Shown: positions 13,451 through 25,260 of the stretch, in pieces
Layout: every line of letters starts with the position of its first letter
How positions within the stretch are numbered: the first letter of the stretch is position 1
Source: Chlorokybus atmophyticus
Taxonomy: Eukaryota; Plantae; Mesostigma and Chlorokybus algae
Direction of reading: 5' to 3'
Length of the DNA: 64,000 bases
NCBI GenBank assembly: GCA_009103225.1
Contig: RHPI01002262.1
Coordinates: 124,001 to 188,000 of the forward strand
Position numbers and translations under genes: made by a program
The notes under the pieces: model-generated
Databases searched by the model: none
The model's input: the letters and a program-made list of their open reading frames with translations, nothing else
What the model was told of the DNA's origin: nothing

Positions 13451-14434
13451 TAGGGATGCGTCTGAACAAGTATGTTTAACAACATAACAAGAACAAAGAA
13501 TATTCTTTATTTGTTCGGGCTATCTTTCCAGTAAAAACGAACAAGCAACTTGTTGAACATATGCAATGAATTTAATATCTTTAAATGCTTTATTGTACAT
13601 TGCTCTCAATACTACTGCCGTGTACGAGTGTCATTTTGTGTGTAATGCAGCCGGTCATGTATACTTGCTTGTTCATGCGTTAAGTATTTTTTCGCTCACG
13701 TAAAAGTATAAGAATCTGCTTAATTCTTCAAGTAAGCACTTAATTTCTATTGGCCGACCCCAGGCGGGCCTAAAACCAGTAATTGCGGCTGACGGTGCTC
13801 ACGGGAGCCTGCAAGGTTGATTACGCACCACTTAAGCGCTGGGTCCCTATCACCCAATTCGGAGGGCGTATAGGCCTTTAGGCGCTCATAGGAGCCGTTT
13901 TCACACGAGAGTCTTAGGTATTCCCGCAAACGAGTTTCTAGTGGCGATAACTTTTCGTGCCCGTGCAGATCTAACCAGACTTGTTTTAATGAAGAGTAAG
14001 AACGAACCGCTGCTTTACAGAGCACTTCGTTATCTAATACCTCGTCCCATGTCTTGCATGCTTTAAGCTGGTAAACTAAATTTACACTCTTCTTACCTGC
14101 TGCACGGGACGATCGAGTGCTACACTCCTCTTTGGTAGTCCCCCAACAGTAGGGATTCTTATCTTGCTTTAAAAGATAAGCGCAAATAGTGTTCCAGGAC
14201 TTGTGGAAGGAAACGTTTAATTGCCGGCCTTCAAACTCTGAAAACGCAAACAGACACATAAATTTTTTCCACTGTTGTTCGTCATGACTGGTTCGTTCGT
14301 GAACCGCAGCAAACTGGAGACGAAACCATCAGCATGAACAAAACTTTAATACTCGAACAAAACAAAAGCATTGTTGTTCTTCGTTATGTTCTTTCGTTCT
14401 TGGATGCGCAAGTTCATGTTCGACCCCAACCCTA
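13451..14434. mobile_element. Non-autonomous hAT-family element (984 bp) with internal cargo
   Basis: Termini TAGGGATG... and ...CAACCCTA, imperfect subterminal inverted repeats of about 60 bp, and an exact 8-bp flanking duplication GTGCTGTT (13443-13450 and 14435-14442). Confidence 0.9.
13673..14339 (-). pseudogene. Decayed rolling-circle replication protein fragment (HUH endonuclease C-terminal part plus SF3 helicase Walker A)
   Basis: ORF 13747-14259 has a motif-III-like SWNTICAYLLKQDKNP and ends in a Walker A-like LVLGPPGVG. A frameshift then continues as IKCLLEELSRFLYFYV. An HADG remnant lies upstream in another frame. Confidence 0.65.
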
Positions 14435-14608
14435 GTGCTGTTCGCCCCGCAAGAGTGACGTCACAGACGTCACAGGCCAATCCATGAATTACGAACTGTG
14501 ACACTCAGTTCATATCTTGCGAGTCGCACTTGATAAAGTGCTAAAAACAGGGGTGTGCTTCCACACAGCGGCGGCGGCGGAAGGGCGGTGGACGTCGTTG
14601 TTGCCATC

Positions 14609-17600
14609 ATGGCGCTGGCGGGGGCTCTGGCCGGTGCGGCGTTGGTGTCGTCACCGCGCACACTAGCCGCATCCAGGCCGGCTGCAGCTGCTCGGTGTCG
14701 CCGCCGCCTCCTACAGAGGCAATGCTGCTCCGCTAGCCTGGCTGTGGAGGCTCCCAGCAAGGAGGTGTGTATGTGTGCATGTGCTTGAGTTCTGGGTTAG
14801 GGTTTCAGATGTAAGCTGGGGAATTGCTCAAGCCATTCAACAGGTGACGTCTGAAAAGGGTCAGGAGAAGCTCAACAGGTACAGCTCCCGCATCACGCAG
14901 CCGCCCAGCCAGGGCGCCTCCCAGGCCATGCTTTATGGCGTCGGTCTCACCGAAGACGACATGCACAAACCTCAGGCAAGTGTTGGTGTCTTTACAGCGT
15001 TCCTAGCAATGTGACAATGCAGCAACTCTTTGGTGTGCTCTTCTTGGAAATGCAGCAAGCATGTCTTGCTTATTCGCTTCATCCATGCGCGCTCCACCAT
15101 TAACGTTTCACTGATCTTAGCATGCCATTGCACAGCTGACGCTTATCTCTGTCAAATAGCAAAATTCAAAGTCTACAAGCCTACAGTTGCATGAGCTTGC
15201 AAGCAAGTGATGTTTTCTTGTGGTGCAATCAGGTTGGCATTTCCAGTGTTTGGTATGAAGGCAATCCCTGCAACATGCACTTGCTGAAGCTCGCCGAGGC
15301 AGTCAAGGAGGGTGTGCGTGCAGCAAACATGGTTGGATTTAGGTCAGTGCAACTGACATCAACGCCGTTGCACGGTGTGTTTATGTGCGTGCTGGTGTGC
15401 GCGTACGCGTGCATGTGCGTTCGCATACATGTCATTGTACAATGTTCAAGTTTGTACATGTCTTTGTGCGCGCGTGTTGTGTGATCTATACAATCTTCTG
15501 TAACTTGCACCCACATGCAGGTTCAACACTGTGGGGGTGTCGGATGCCATCTCCATGGGCACAGAGGGCATGTGTTACAGCCTGCAGTCGCGCGACCTCA
15601 TTGCCGACAGCATTGAGACGGTCATGGGCGGCCAGTGGTATGACGCAAACATCTCCCTTCCCGGTTGTGATAAGAATGTATGTTGTCATATCCCTCGGTC
15701 CATCTCACAACTGCTATCCCCTTGCAGCTCTCGTGCATGGCTGTCTGACACTTTGAATATTCCTGAATTGAATACGCAGATGCCCGGCACGTTGATAGCG
15801 ATGGGACGATTGAACAGGCCTAGCATCATGGTTTATGGCGGCACTATCAAGGTACAGCCAAGCGCGCGCGTGAGTGTCCGCATGTGTTCTTGTTCATGCT
15901 TTGGTGTGCCGTACGCATGTGAGAGTGGGTGTTCGTGTATGCCCAACAAGTCGATGGTTCCGACCTGTTTTGGCATGACTGCAGCCTGGCTATGGAGAAG
16001 CCAAGACACCGCTCGACATTGTCTCGGCGTTTCAGGCAAGCACGCATCTACGAATTTGTGTGCTGTATGCTGCAACAGTGAGTACTCAGATGATTACACA
16101 GTAACCAACATATCTGCGCACAGAGCTATGGTGAGGCGGTGGCGGGAAAGATTACTGAGGAGCAGCGCCAGGACATCGTGCGCAACGCGTGTCCGGGTGC
16201 GGGCGCGTGCGGGGGGATGTACACGGCCAACACAATGGCAGTGGCAATCGAGGCCCTGGGCATGACCCTCCCTTACAGCTCATCCATCCCCGCCGAGGAC
16301 CCGCTCAAGCTCGACGAGTGCCGCTTGGCCGGCAAGTATGTCCTCGAGCTGTTGAAGAAAGACCTCAAGCCCCGCGACATCATGACACGCGCCGCCTTTG
16401 AGAACGCTATGGTTTCTGTCATGGCGTTGGGCGGGTCCACCAACGCTGTCCTGCATTTGATAGCTATGGCGAGGTGAGGAAGGAGGTTTTACTCCAGTTT
16501 AGGCCCTCACTCTGGTGTATAGTGGGTTTATGGTCAAATGTGCACGTGTGTCTTTTCGCCAGGTCTGTGGATGTGACTCTCACGCTCGACGACTTCCAGA
16601 AGTGCAGCGACCGCGTGCCCTTCCTCGGCGATCTCAAGCCTAGCGGCAGATATGTCATGGAAGACGTGCACAAGGTGAGTGTTAATGTTGCATGCGTGGT
16701 CGCTTCGAATGTTGTGTGTGAGACTTGTAGAAAATTAACCTGCTTTGAGCAGGTTGGTGGCACGCCCGCTGTGCTCAAGTACCTGTTGGAGAAAGGCTTT
16801 ATTGACGGGTCGTGTATGACAGGTGGGCAAAGAGACAATGTGGGTTTGCTGTCTCACAAATAACACAATAAACACAGTTGCCCGCAACCTCCAACACCAT
16901 GTGCACATTGCGTGTTGCAGTCACTGGCAAGACTATGGCGGAGAACTTGAAAGATGTCCCGTCGTTGAAAGAGGGTCAGACAGTCATACAGCCTTTGGAA
17001 ACGCCCATCAAGTCCACAGGGCACTTGCAGATGCTGTATGGCAATCTTGCACCCGGGGGCTCCGTTGCCAAAATCACTGGCAAGGAGGGCCTTTTCTTCG
17101 AAGGTTAGCTGTTGCGTTGGTATCAGCGTTGACATAAGTGTTGTCGTGGATGATGCGTGATGAACAAAGGTGGTGGGCGGGTGTGGCACAGGCAAGGCGC
17201 GCGTGTTTGATGGTGAAGAGGCGATGCTCGCTGCCCTTGCCGAAAACCCCGAAAGCTTCAAGCAAAGCGTTGTGGTCATTCGGTACGAGGGTCCCAAGGG
17301 AGGCCCAGGTATGCATTTGTAGGTTACGGTTGTTGATGATGTTGACGCACACATGCACAGTTCCTTTGTTATGCATCTATTTGTGCCTTCACCTCACAAC
17401 TTCTATGCTTCAGGCATGCCTGAGATGTTGACGCCTACGAGCGCCATCATTGGTGCCGGCCTTGGCAAGGTAATACATGTCCATCTTCCCATACACACAA
17501 CATTGCTTGCTTTGCGCCTCAGTCACTTCAACAGTTTGATTGCATGCAGGAGGTTGCTCTGATCACAGATGGGAGGTTCTCTGGCGGTTCACATGGGTTT

Positions 17601-18064
17601 GTTGTTGGCCATGTCACGCCTGAGGCTCAGGTGTGTATGTGTATGTAGAGTAGTTTACGAGTTGAGTTCACAATAGATGTGTTGCCTCTTGCACTGTGTG
17701 TCACCACGCATTCATATACTCAGGTTGGGGGACCGATTGGACTGCTGCGCAATGGTGACATGATCACCATCGATGTTGGCAAGCACACGATGGACGTGAA
17801 AATCAGCGATGACGAGATGGCAAAGAGGAAAGCTGAGTGGAAGCCGCGTCCATATAAAGCCACGCGCGGCACTCTGTACAAGGTATGTGTCGTTGTACCG
17901 ACCACGCATATGCGCATGTGTATGCGGGCGAATGAGTGGGTCATTTGCTGGTGATTGAGCAGGATTGGTGCGCGTGTTAATTCTTGAGCTGAGGTTCTGC
18001 CATGCTTGTGCAGTATATCAAGAATGTCAAGAGCGCATCAGAGGGTTGTGTGACGGACGAGTGA
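14609..18064 (+). CDS. ilvD: Dihydroxy-acid dehydratase with plastid transit peptide, 15 exons (618 aa): 14609-14764, 14844-14975, 15233-15342, 15521-15677, 15780-15851, 15985-16035, 16124-16473, 16563-16674, 16753-16822, 16921-17103, 17192-17308, 17414-17469, 17550-17630, 17724-17882, 18014-18064
   Basis: IlvD motifs [63 protein letters not shown] and [11 protein letters not shown]. Ala/Arg/Ser-rich N-terminus. The frame is open when two GC-AG introns are allowed. Confidence 0.97.
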
Positions 18065-18994
18065 CAAAGCGGCGGCTGCGGGTTGATTGCATAGCAAACC
18101 TTCTCCCTTGCTGGCACATTGCCAAGCGAAAATGACACCAGTTTTGCGCAGCAGAATACATCCCCTGCTTAACACCTTAGCAGCTTTGTTGGTCACAAGT
18201 TGTCAGGCAGCTGATAGGTGGGTACTAAGAAGTATTCTATACCATTCCACAGTCCTGTTGTTGTGTTACCAATACTGCGGTAACAGAGGTTTGGAGGGTG
18301 TACTACATCATTGAAATGTTACTGTTGGTTTGCAAAGTTGGTTGGGACTGTTGGCTTCACAACAGGTTGAAAATATTCTTAGCAGTAAAGGCAAATAGTA
18401 GTAGGTAGAGCAGTGGTTAGCGTTGTAGTAACTCAGTGTTGATAAAAGCTCAGCTGTGGCATAAGTTGGCAACAATTTTGTTGTGCATTTTTATAGCTGT
18501 TGCTGCCTTTGCCTAGAATTGTTGCAATTCCCTACGAAATCATGCGGACAGTTCCAGCAATGTGCACGCATGTCAATGAAACATGGTGTGCAAGTTATTT
18601 TTATGAACAGCAACAAGCTAGGAGGATAACTGGGAGGGGAGTTGTATGCAAACAAACAATTTCTTAGCTAAGTGTTGTGTACTGTACATCATCACTGGTT
18701 TACACATACATTAGTCGTTGCCATACCTTTGCAACTTTCTCCAGGTGCATGACAACAGCAGTGCACGCACAGAATTGTTTGGCACAAGACACTGAAGCGT
18801 TACACTCAGTTTTCGTGTCTACACAAGCTGTCAAATCACAAAATCTCGCTAACTAACCAACTAACTAACCAGCAGTCCCCACTCAAGAGGTGTTGCCGAC
18901 ACGCACAGCCACAAGCCTACAGAAAGAATAGACCTAAAGAGAAAACTCACACCATCCTTGCCTATATTCACAAGCTATCCCATGCAGCAGTGTT

Positions 18995-20186
18995 TTACTT
19001 GATGTTGCCATTGAGCTTCTTGGGGAAGAAGCCACCGCCCACACCAGGTTCACCACCAAGGTACACAATGCGAAGGACAGCGCTGGTAGAAGCAGAGTAG
19101 GCCACAGAGTTCTTGTCAGCCAATGACAGGTCCGCAATGTAAGTCCTGTTGTGGAACAGAAGCCCACGGTCGGTGTCTGCGGGCCCATTGACGGAGTCAC
19201 GGAGGTCAGAGATGGCCTGGATGACATCCACCACGTACGCGCCATACGGCTCGATCTTGTTCCACCTGTTGTTGTAAAGCAGCGCGCGGATGGCACCGGC
19301 GTGGTATGCCTCAACAGCAAGGATACCCGCAGCGGCCTCCAAGTAGCCCTTGTCCTGGATCAGAGGGGCCGCACCCTGTGATGCAAGTATACGTCAGTCG
19401 AGTATGTGGGTACGTGTCTATTGTTGTATCGCGCAGCGAGCTGCATGCGTGCGTGCGTGTGTGTGTGAGGCACTCTCACCTTGTATGCCTGCACGCCCAC
19501 ATCCTCGAATGTGAAGGCTCCCACGAAGAAAGACCACGAGTTGGCGTAAGGGTTGAACTTGGGGCTGAGGGAGGTGCCGAGGGCAGCATCAGCGGCAGCA
19601 CCGAAGGCTCCGAGGAGGTCAATCTCGGGTGCGGGCACGGCAGCAGAGCCGAGGGCGAGGCGTAGGAAGCGCACGTGGTTCAGCTCATCCCTGGCAATGG
19701 GCCACATGATGGCGTACGTGGACTTCTTCAGGGGAGACTTGCCGCCAAAGTCAGGGGCGGAAGCGCCAGGGCCTCCACCCTTGTCAGCACTGGAGAGGCC
19801 ATGGCCAAAGACTCCGCGGGAGTAGTACTCTCCCTCAAGGTACTCCAGGTTGAGGGCGAAGTTGAGCACATCAATGTCAATCTGGGCTGTGGTCGCGCAC
19901 ACAAGGATATCAGCCTCCAATACGAGCACACACAACCAAGGCAGACCACTGAATTGAGCCCTCTAACGACACTAGCTAACTGTGGCTGCGTGTCAACAAA
20001 GGGGAGGCTTTTCCTCTGAGACAAGCAACTTGGGCATGGAAGCTTACGCATGTCACTGTCACGCACGCAGACACTCAGAGTTCGCTTGAGCAATGTGGCC
20101 ATACCTTCAGCAGCGAACACAGCAGGGGCGGCGGCAGCCAGCAGCACAGCAGCCACCAAGACCGCCAGAGCAGTCGACCTCACCAT
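18995..20186 (-). CDS. Desiccation-related protein PCC13-62 family (ferritin-like domain), with signal peptide; exons 20186-20105, 19886-19480, 19375-18995 (289 aa)
   Basis: DVLNFALNLEYLEGEYY, IARDELNHVRFLR, AFTFEDVGVQAYKGAAPLI, AAGILAVEAYHAGAIR and C-terminal GGFFP..LNG motifs. Hydrophobic N-terminus. A 5' UTR intron is predicted at 20190-20337. Confidence 0.9.
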
Positions 20187-20478
20187 TGTCTGTGAGTGTG
20201 GGTGGGTGGGCAGGTGCGATGTGTCAGCCAACAAAACCAACCTGAACAAGACACCACGTGGTTCAGGCCCCATGGCGCAAAGCAAGAGCACATCAGAGGG
20301 CATGCACAGGCACCACACAGTGTCATGCATGTCCCACCTTGGTGACGACGGCAGCAGCAATGGCGACGATACGCAGCGACAGTGACACACACAGGCTCAC
20401 AACAACAAAGTGGACTAACACACCAGCTCACCAAACAAACACTACAGACTTCCTACCATCACGCTGCCGCGGGGGTGA

Positions 20479-20485
20479 ATATATA
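20479..20485 (-). promoter_or_regulatory. Putative TATA box of the PCC13-62 gene
   Basis: TATATAT on the minus strand in GC-rich context, just upstream of the predicted 5' UTR exon. Confidence 0.45.
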
Positions 20486-21465
20486 GGTGGGGGCTAACAT
20501 GGCCTGATTGCTCAAGCATGTGAGGGCAGCAGCGGAAACAGACACAGGCGCGCAATCTTTTGCTCCTGAATTATACGCTGTTTTTCTGTTGCATGTGGCC
20601 GACGAGTCCCCATGATGAGGCTTTCAAGTACAAAATGATACACGTGTACATGGTACGAACAGTTTTAAGAATGCAGTTCAATGAGCCTCTTGCGGCTTCA
20701 GACTTTGTCAAATCCGCAACCAAGTTATGATTGAGGCGTCTCCGCACAAAGATTCGTGCTCTCTATATGGCGCGTGGTACTGTTTACAACACGCGCCAGT
20801 ACGGCAATAAGCGCGTCTAACGCGCGCCGGTAAACGCAGCCCTCCAGCCACGCGGGCAAGCTGCATAACACTTGGCGCGCTTATTGCGCTCCAATTCATA
20901 GTACTATATGGCGCGCTGTAAGGGCCGCGTTGCACACAGCGCGCTGATTTTCAGCTACCGCGGAGTCATTGGCGCGCAAAGCTGTCAGTGAGGGTAACCG
21001 AGTAAGCAACAGAGCAGCGGGACCATTACGGTTTATGCAAGCACAGACAACAGGCTTAACCCTTAGGGTCGTTTCGCACCGGGAGTTAGCGACCGGAGTT
21101 ACGACAAGCCGGCTAAACTCTCGGGTTAGCCGCCCTGCCATTACAAACCCAGCGAAAATGATAGTTTAGGTAGGTTTAGCTAAGTGCCCGCCAAAGTCAT
21201 GGCGGGAGCAATTAGGTTTGTAGGGTTTAAGGCCGCGGGCAGGGAAGCACACGGCTGTGGCGGCGGCGGCGGAGGCGGAGGAGAAGGTGGTGGCGGCGCT
21301 GAGGTAGCACTGGTCACCATTCTCATTGCCTACCGTACAGGTATAAACCATGCACAGAGGCTTTTAGCTGCAGTAGCGGTAATGCTGGTGATGTTGGTGA
21401 GGGCGTCGCTGCACCTGCAATATGTGCACAGTTGCTTGCCCTAATAGTTGCTTGTGGTGCACAAG

Positions 21466-22915
21466 ATGGACGGCTATGTGCAACCCAACTTGAGCACGCC
21501 ATTGCAGCCTTCAAGCGAGTACTACAATGGCTTTGCTAGTCAAGGTAAGTGAATACAAGCGATGATGTTGTGCATTATGCTTGCATGCGTGCCATGCTGT
21601 TTGTGCATTTACTGGGTGTGTGTTCTGCTTGTTAATCATGTGTGTATGTGAGCAGGGCATGGCGATAGCCAAGGTACTACTACTAGCAACAGCCAGCGCA
21701 ACATCAGCAACAACATGACCCTCAGCAACAGCCACCTTGTGTGCAAGTGCCCGATGCACAACCAAGGATGGCTCCACAGCAGCTATAACTAGTCGAAGTT
21801 CCCATACACCTGTGCCCCATAAAAGTTCTTCGCTGTCCCCCAGAACTCCTGCCAGAAAATAGTAAGTGTAATGGGTGTTGCTTGAAGGTGCAGACCGTGC
21901 AACACTGTCACTAACGTTTATAATACAGTAATTACAAAAAGGAAGCGTATGAGTGAGGCAGCCAAGGCAGCCAAAAAAACCGGAGGTGGAGGTGAAGGGG
22001 GTGTTGATGCTGAGTCAACGCGATGTAGAGATCCCGAGTGAAGTGCTGAGGAGACATTATGCTTAATTGATGCATGGAATGCCATGGATGAAAAGACTCT
22101 GGAGGGTGGCATCTACCAGCAAACCAAGTCGCAGCCTCAGAAGTGGATGGAGGTGCTTGCCATGTGTCAAGAACAGGACGCATGGGTGCGGACTCTACCA
22201 CAATACAAGAACAGGTTTTGCGTGTGTGTCTGCATGTTATACATGTTGCTGATGCTAAGACACTCTGCAGCTCATATACACGCGCACACATGCAGCATGT
22301 GTGCGGAGACAAGCAGGACATGCATGCAGTTAGATGCGTGCACACAAGTTTGATGCGACGTCTACTTAGCAAACCGCCCACACAGCATTCAGCTCATCAA
22401 TCAGCACGCGCACACACAGCTGATCAGCCCTTCGTTCTAACACAGGTGGAAGGCAGTCAAGGCCCAGTTCAACAAGGTCCGTGTCTTCATCACTTCCAGC
22501 GGCAATAACAATTATTTCCGGATGACAGCTGAAGAGAAAAAGGCAGCTAACATGAAGCCCCAATTGTTATTGAATTGTGCGGCATTGTATGACGCCATGT
22601 GGAATGGGCGGAAATTCCCATGCGTTGTGTGTGTTCAACATAGCTGAGTAGGTTGTTGCAGACTCGGATAAAACACTAGCATCGGACAAGTCAAGCGGAC
22701 GCAAGCGTAAAGGTGCGGCTGCGTCAGATGCGGTGGTCACAGCATTTAACAACAACACCGCCAAGCTCCTGGACATGGAACGCGACCGCATGCGGTCGCA
22801 GCAAGCTATGTTCAAAGAGGAGATGGAGTTCACGCGTGAACTCTCTAGGGATAGCAATGCAACATCAAAAAGATCCATTGCACTATTAGCAGCAGTCATG
22901 CGCCCATCCACCTAG
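21466..22915 (+). pseudogene. Harbinger accessory Myb/SANT (trihelix-like) DNA-binding protein, disrupted
   Basis: *SAEETLCLIDAW...KWMEVLAMC...RTLPQYKNR/WKAVKAQFNK across a GT-AG intron at 22215-22445. Several in-frame stops, including the first Trp codon. Confidence 0.8.
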
Positions 22916-22919
22916 CTTC

Positions 22920-24395
22920 TTATACGTCAAATAGTTGAGATAATATGTCTCTAATGTTGTGTGCATCAAAGTCTGCATCTGCTTCTGCGTATGGGTTATC
23001 CTCATCCGCATCTGCAATGACGTCCACCTCGGGCATTTCCTCTTTGCAGTCTAAGAGAAAATTGTGCAAGACTACACATGCCACAACTACTGTGGACACA
23101 TGTTGTAAGTCATTGGTATTCTCCCTCCCAAGAAGCGTCCACCTCTTCTTCAGCACCCCAAATGCATGCTCGACACACATACGTGCAGAACTATGCTTGA
23201 AGTTGAATACACGCTTGTACTCTGGAATGGCCTGGTTGCCTCTCACACGAGGATATGGCGCGACAATGTGCTCAGAATTAGGATAGCCCGCATCACCTGC
23301 ACGCATGTTGTGAGTGAGGTGCACAATAGCACCACAATTAGTATGACACGGGTTATCCACACAAGCTTACCTAACAAATAAGGCTTGATAGTGTCTCCCA
23401 TTGGCAACTCCACTAGTGGTGTTTGCAACAACTCCCCGCGTTGTACACGTGCATAAAACCTAGAGTTACGCCAGATGCGTGTGTCGTGCACACTACCTGG
23501 GAAGCCCATGTTGATGTCCAAGAATCGAGCATCATGGTCCACTATGGCCTGCAATTGTACAATTGCGGGTGTCTGAAAGCAACATGTATAACGTAGGCAT
23601 ATGTTGCACATGCTTAAGCCATTATTGTTACCTGCATAGCGATGCTATAAAACCTCTTGCGGCTCCAGTAATCAGCAAGTCGCACAATCTTGGGCTTGAT
23701 GATGCGCACATGTGTGCAATCAATGGCTCCAGCACAGCCCATAAACCCACTCTCACTCTTAAACTTCACCATGACACGCCATAATATACGGTCCGTAGGC
23801 CAGTACACATGCTGGCTGGCTATCTCTCTTAACTTTGTAACAAATGCAATAATAACTCTGAAATAGTCACATACTTTGCCCCATGAGCCAGCCTATGAAT
23901 TGCTATGCCAACCCGCTTATGCAATGGTATTGCAATCCTAGCGTCTGTATTTACAGCAGCCACACCACTAACCAACTCACACAATTTGTAAAAGGTGCTA
24001 CGCTTCATGCGGAAGTGTCTAACCCACATCTCAGTAGGCCATACAGCAGTCACAAAGTCATCAAATCAAGCTGTTGACCTTGGGAACACATACCAACTGC
24101 CTGTCTCTAAGCGTCTACGCTGCATGACTAATATCTCAGACATTCTGGTAAATGCATCATGTCGTTGTGAACGCATGCGCTGACGGCGACGCAAAGCAGC
24201 TTTTCTCAACACTCTTGCAGTCATCCATTGACGGATGAGTACAACGAGCACCAGTACGATGACCACAGTGAATCCACGAGGTCGCACCATGCCTGCCAGC
24301 AACAGCATTGCATGATGAGGCAATGCTTGACTATGGGACCCATGTGTGCTACTACTATGCACAACGCCCACCACACTCAACCCCATCATGTTCAT
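22920..24395 (-). pseudogene. Harbinger DDE transposase, disrupted
   Basis: FRMKRSTF HTH region, GAIDCTHV, YLLG/DAGYP and VEHAFGVLKKRW. Introns at 23549-23631 and 23297-23370. Premature TGA at 24066-24068 and a deletion/frameshift near 23850. Confidence 0.92.
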
Positions 24396-25007
24396 GAACT
24401 TCTCTCAGTGTGGTTGTAGTACCTGCTGGCCTGCGCTGCCTGTATTCACACGCTGCAACACATTTTTTCTGGTTGAGAGTGAAGTGGTGAGTGTGGTGAT
24501 GACGTGCATGGTAAGAGAAGACTGGTTTGGGCCGGTGACGCTGCGCCGCTTGTTGTTGATACAAGTGAGAGTGCGTGTGCCGCCGCCGCTGCCGCAAACA
24601 ATATGGCCACCCTCGCCACCGCCGTTGCCGTCGTGCAGGCCCACCAGAAGTCAGTCCAAGCCCAGCTGGACGACGCGCAGGACGTCTTACCGCGAAATCT
24701 AACCCACACGCCCTTAACTCCGTAGTGCGAAACGCGGTTAGCACAACGCGGTGTTAGTGTCCTAAACTCCAGGTTTAGCAGCTGTGCTAACCCCACGCCG
24801 CTAACTCTCGGTGCGAAACGACCCTAAAAGTGCCCCGCGGACGTTCCGGCCGCCGTCGAAGCGACCTTGCGGACGCCCGCGGACCACCGTGCGGTTATGT
24901 CGGTGCATCGCGCATCCGACGCGCCACGTGCCCCGCCCCGTCGGCGATGAGTTATTGCGGGGGGCTCACGCGACCCAAGTGATCCATGTATGCGATAGTG
25001 CATACGC

Positions 25008-25260
25008 AAGGGTACCATATATGTGCTTCCATAATGTATGTTTATTTTATGTTTGCACATGAATTGGTTTGTATCAACGTGTACGTGCAAGTGTATATGT
25101 GCAAGCGTACCGTATGTGTGCATATGCAAGGGTACCGTATATGTGCTTTTATAATGTATGCTTTATGTTTGCACATCAATTGATTTGCGGTAATGTATAC
25201 ATGCAAGTGTATATGTGCAAGCGTACCGTATATGTGCTTCTGAAATGTATGTTCATTGTA
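25008..25260. repeat. Degenerate tandem repeat, unit about 120 bp, 2 copies plus a partial third
   Basis: caag(g/c)gtacc(a/g)tatatgtgctt recurs at about 25008, 25128 and 25218 with alignable intervening sequence. Confidence 0.75.

Larger units (their letters stand above)
21066..24824. mobile_element. PIF/Harbinger DNA transposon (decayed), two-gene type
   Basis: 26-bp TIRs GGGTCGTTTCGCACCG(G/A)GAGTTAGCG at 21066-21091 and 24799-24824, flanked by TTA and TAA. Encodes a DDE transposase and a Myb/SANT protein. Confidence 0.92.

Noticed and set aside
20301-20331. RY elements (CATGCA) near the desiccation gene
   Set aside because: CATGCA is extremely common throughout this window, consistent with CpG decay, so its presence is uninformative.
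20767-20980. Cluster of TGGCGCG motifs, possibly E2F-like sites or a MITE
   Set aside because: No exact TTTSSCGC consensus and no convincing terminal repeats or TSD.
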